5,757 nucleotides of DNA from a virus, in IMG/VR virus record IMGVR_UViG_3300029830_000112; one strand, written 5' to 3'. Both the position numbers and the translations under genes were made by a program. The stretch's first letter is position 1; each line of letters opens with the position of its first letter. The notes beneath the pieces were generated by a model that did no database searches, was not told the origin of the DNA, and worked only from the letters and a program-made list of their open reading frames with translations. This document shows, in pieces, positions 5,156 through 5,757 of this stretch.

Positions 5156-5207
5156 TTGTTTAATTTCAATCACTGCCTAGACTGATACATGGAGCCTTTA
5201 AACGGCT

Positions 5208-5242
5208 CTAGCCCAGTACCTACTTGATAGGTACTGGGCTAG
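5208..5242. other. Perfect 15-bp hairpin ctagcccagtaccta-cttga-taggtactgggctag, 15 nt downstream of the VP4 stop. Candidate rolling-circle origin (Rep nick site in the loop) or transcript-end structure.
   Basis: Perfect 15/15 inverted repeat with a 5-nt loop. A second smaller hairpin gagcc-tttaaac-ggctc (5192-5208) abuts it. The loop plus flank on the displayed strand reads ACTTGATA, the same 8-mer as the phiX174 origin core caACTTGATAttaata. Confidence 0.5.
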
Positions 5243-5256
5243 GTGACACCAAAATC

Positions 5257-5757
5257 TTATAAACCGCCTTTTTGGAGCTTTACAGACTTTTTGATAACTC
5301 TTTCTTTTGTCTTTAAGTCCTCTTCAAAATCTGCATTTTCATACTTTAGTCGGTTTTGTTCGATTACTGCTTTCTGTCGGTTCCTCTTGATTCTCCATAA
5401 TCGTTCTGGGTTTTCTGCTTCCATCATTTTTTCGTAATATCGCGGAATTTGTGCTTGTTTTCCGTTGGTGCATTGAATATAGCCTTTTCGCCATATTTCT
5501 TCTTTGTGCTCTTGATAGTAGGAATCGCCAAGTCCCGGTTTTAGGCTCATACATGCAAATGGTTTTTGCTGGCCTAGCTCGTAGTATTGGTTAGCTTTTT
5601 TTCCGTCTATTTCGTACATCTTTTTTGTGACGTACCCCGCAACATATCTATAGGTTTCGGGTGTTGCCTGTGCTATCTGGATTTGACCCATTCCCCATAG
5701 ATTGCACATCCATTCACTTGTATAATATCCGTTATGCCTTATTTTATAGATTTGCTT
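5257..5757 (-). CDS. VP4: Replication initiation protein VP4, C-terminal portion (contains the catalytic Tyr motif III). Same CDS as feature 1..599, continued across the window edge.
   Basis: ORF-track 150-aa ORF at 5257..5709 contains YVAGYVTKK (YxxxYxxKK, 5620-5646), the twin-tyrosine catalytic motif of phiX174-A/VP4-type Reps. The reading frame stays open upstream through 5757, equal to position 77, into 78-599. TAA stop at 5257-5259. Confidence 0.85.
   Translation of the reverse strand, partial: KQIYKIRHNGYYTSEWMCNLWGMGQIQIAQATPETYRYVAGYVTKKMYEIDGKKANQYYELGQQKPFACMSLKPGLGDSYYQEHKEEIWRKGYIQCTNGKQAQIPRYYEKMMEAENPERLWRIKRNRQKAVIEQNRLKYENADFEEDLKTKERVIKKSVKLQKGGL
5681..5757. repeat. Second copy of the 77-nt terminal redundancy (same sequence as 1-77).
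   Basis: Exact 77/77 identity with 1-77. Confidence 0.95.

Noticed and set aside
5111-5160. tRNA-like or other small RNA in the GC-rich island.
   Set aside because: No acceptor-stem/T-arm arrangement is present, nor a GTTCRANYC-type T-loop. The structures are simple consecutive hairpins.
4964-5173. A 69-aa Arg-rich ORF (GTG start) on the gene strand, spanning the GC-rich island.
   Set aside because: The Arg/Ala richness follows trivially from CGN/GCN-rich alternating sequence. It has a GTG start with no SD and overlaps the multi-hairpin region, which looks like a cis element. It could be a J-like basic protein only if supported by conservation, and I cannot show that.
5243-5437. Plus-strand 64-aa ORF 5243..5437, and the minus-strand 71-aa ORF 5339..5554 in an alternate frame.
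   Set aside because: Both overlap the C-terminal Rep coding region, antisense or out of frame. Rep is confidently identified there by motif III.

Overview
The window appears to hold one complete circular ssDNA microvirus genome (family Microviridae, gokushovirus-like) of about 5,680 nt. It is displayed as the complementary strand, so every credible gene lies on the '-' strand. The last 77 nt (5681-5757) are identical to the first 77 nt (1-77), so the window is a circular genome opened inside the replication-initiator gene with a 77-nt wrap-around duplicate. Read on the minus strand, the gene order is: VP1 major capsid protein (562 aa); VP2 Gly-rich pilot/minor capsid protein (284 aa); VP4 rolling-circle Rep (about 340 aa, wrapping the window edge and therefore absent from the ORF track as one ORF); a 580-bp non-coding region; a peptidase-M15 (LAS-family) endolysin-like protein (130 aa); a 75-aa helical ORF; a possible 33-aa basic peptide; a 79-aa ORF; and a 136-aa acidic/helical VP3-like putative scaffold protein translationally coupled to VP1. 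The most unusual part is the 580-bp intergenic region (4675-5256). It contains a sigma70-like promoter, a 21-bp tandem repeat carrying DnaA-box-like motifs plus TTTTCAAC/TTTTAACA iterons, a 52-nt alternating purine-pyrimidine (Z-DNA-prone) GCGT-rich run with a 16-bp perfect palindrome, a roughly 120-bp island of about 70% GC (estimated by eye) built from consecutive GC-rich stem-loops, and a perfect 15-bp hairpin just downstream of the Rep stop. All plus-strand ORFs in the track are antisense to these genes and are treated as spurious. No similarity searches were run; all assignments rest on motifs read directly from the translations.
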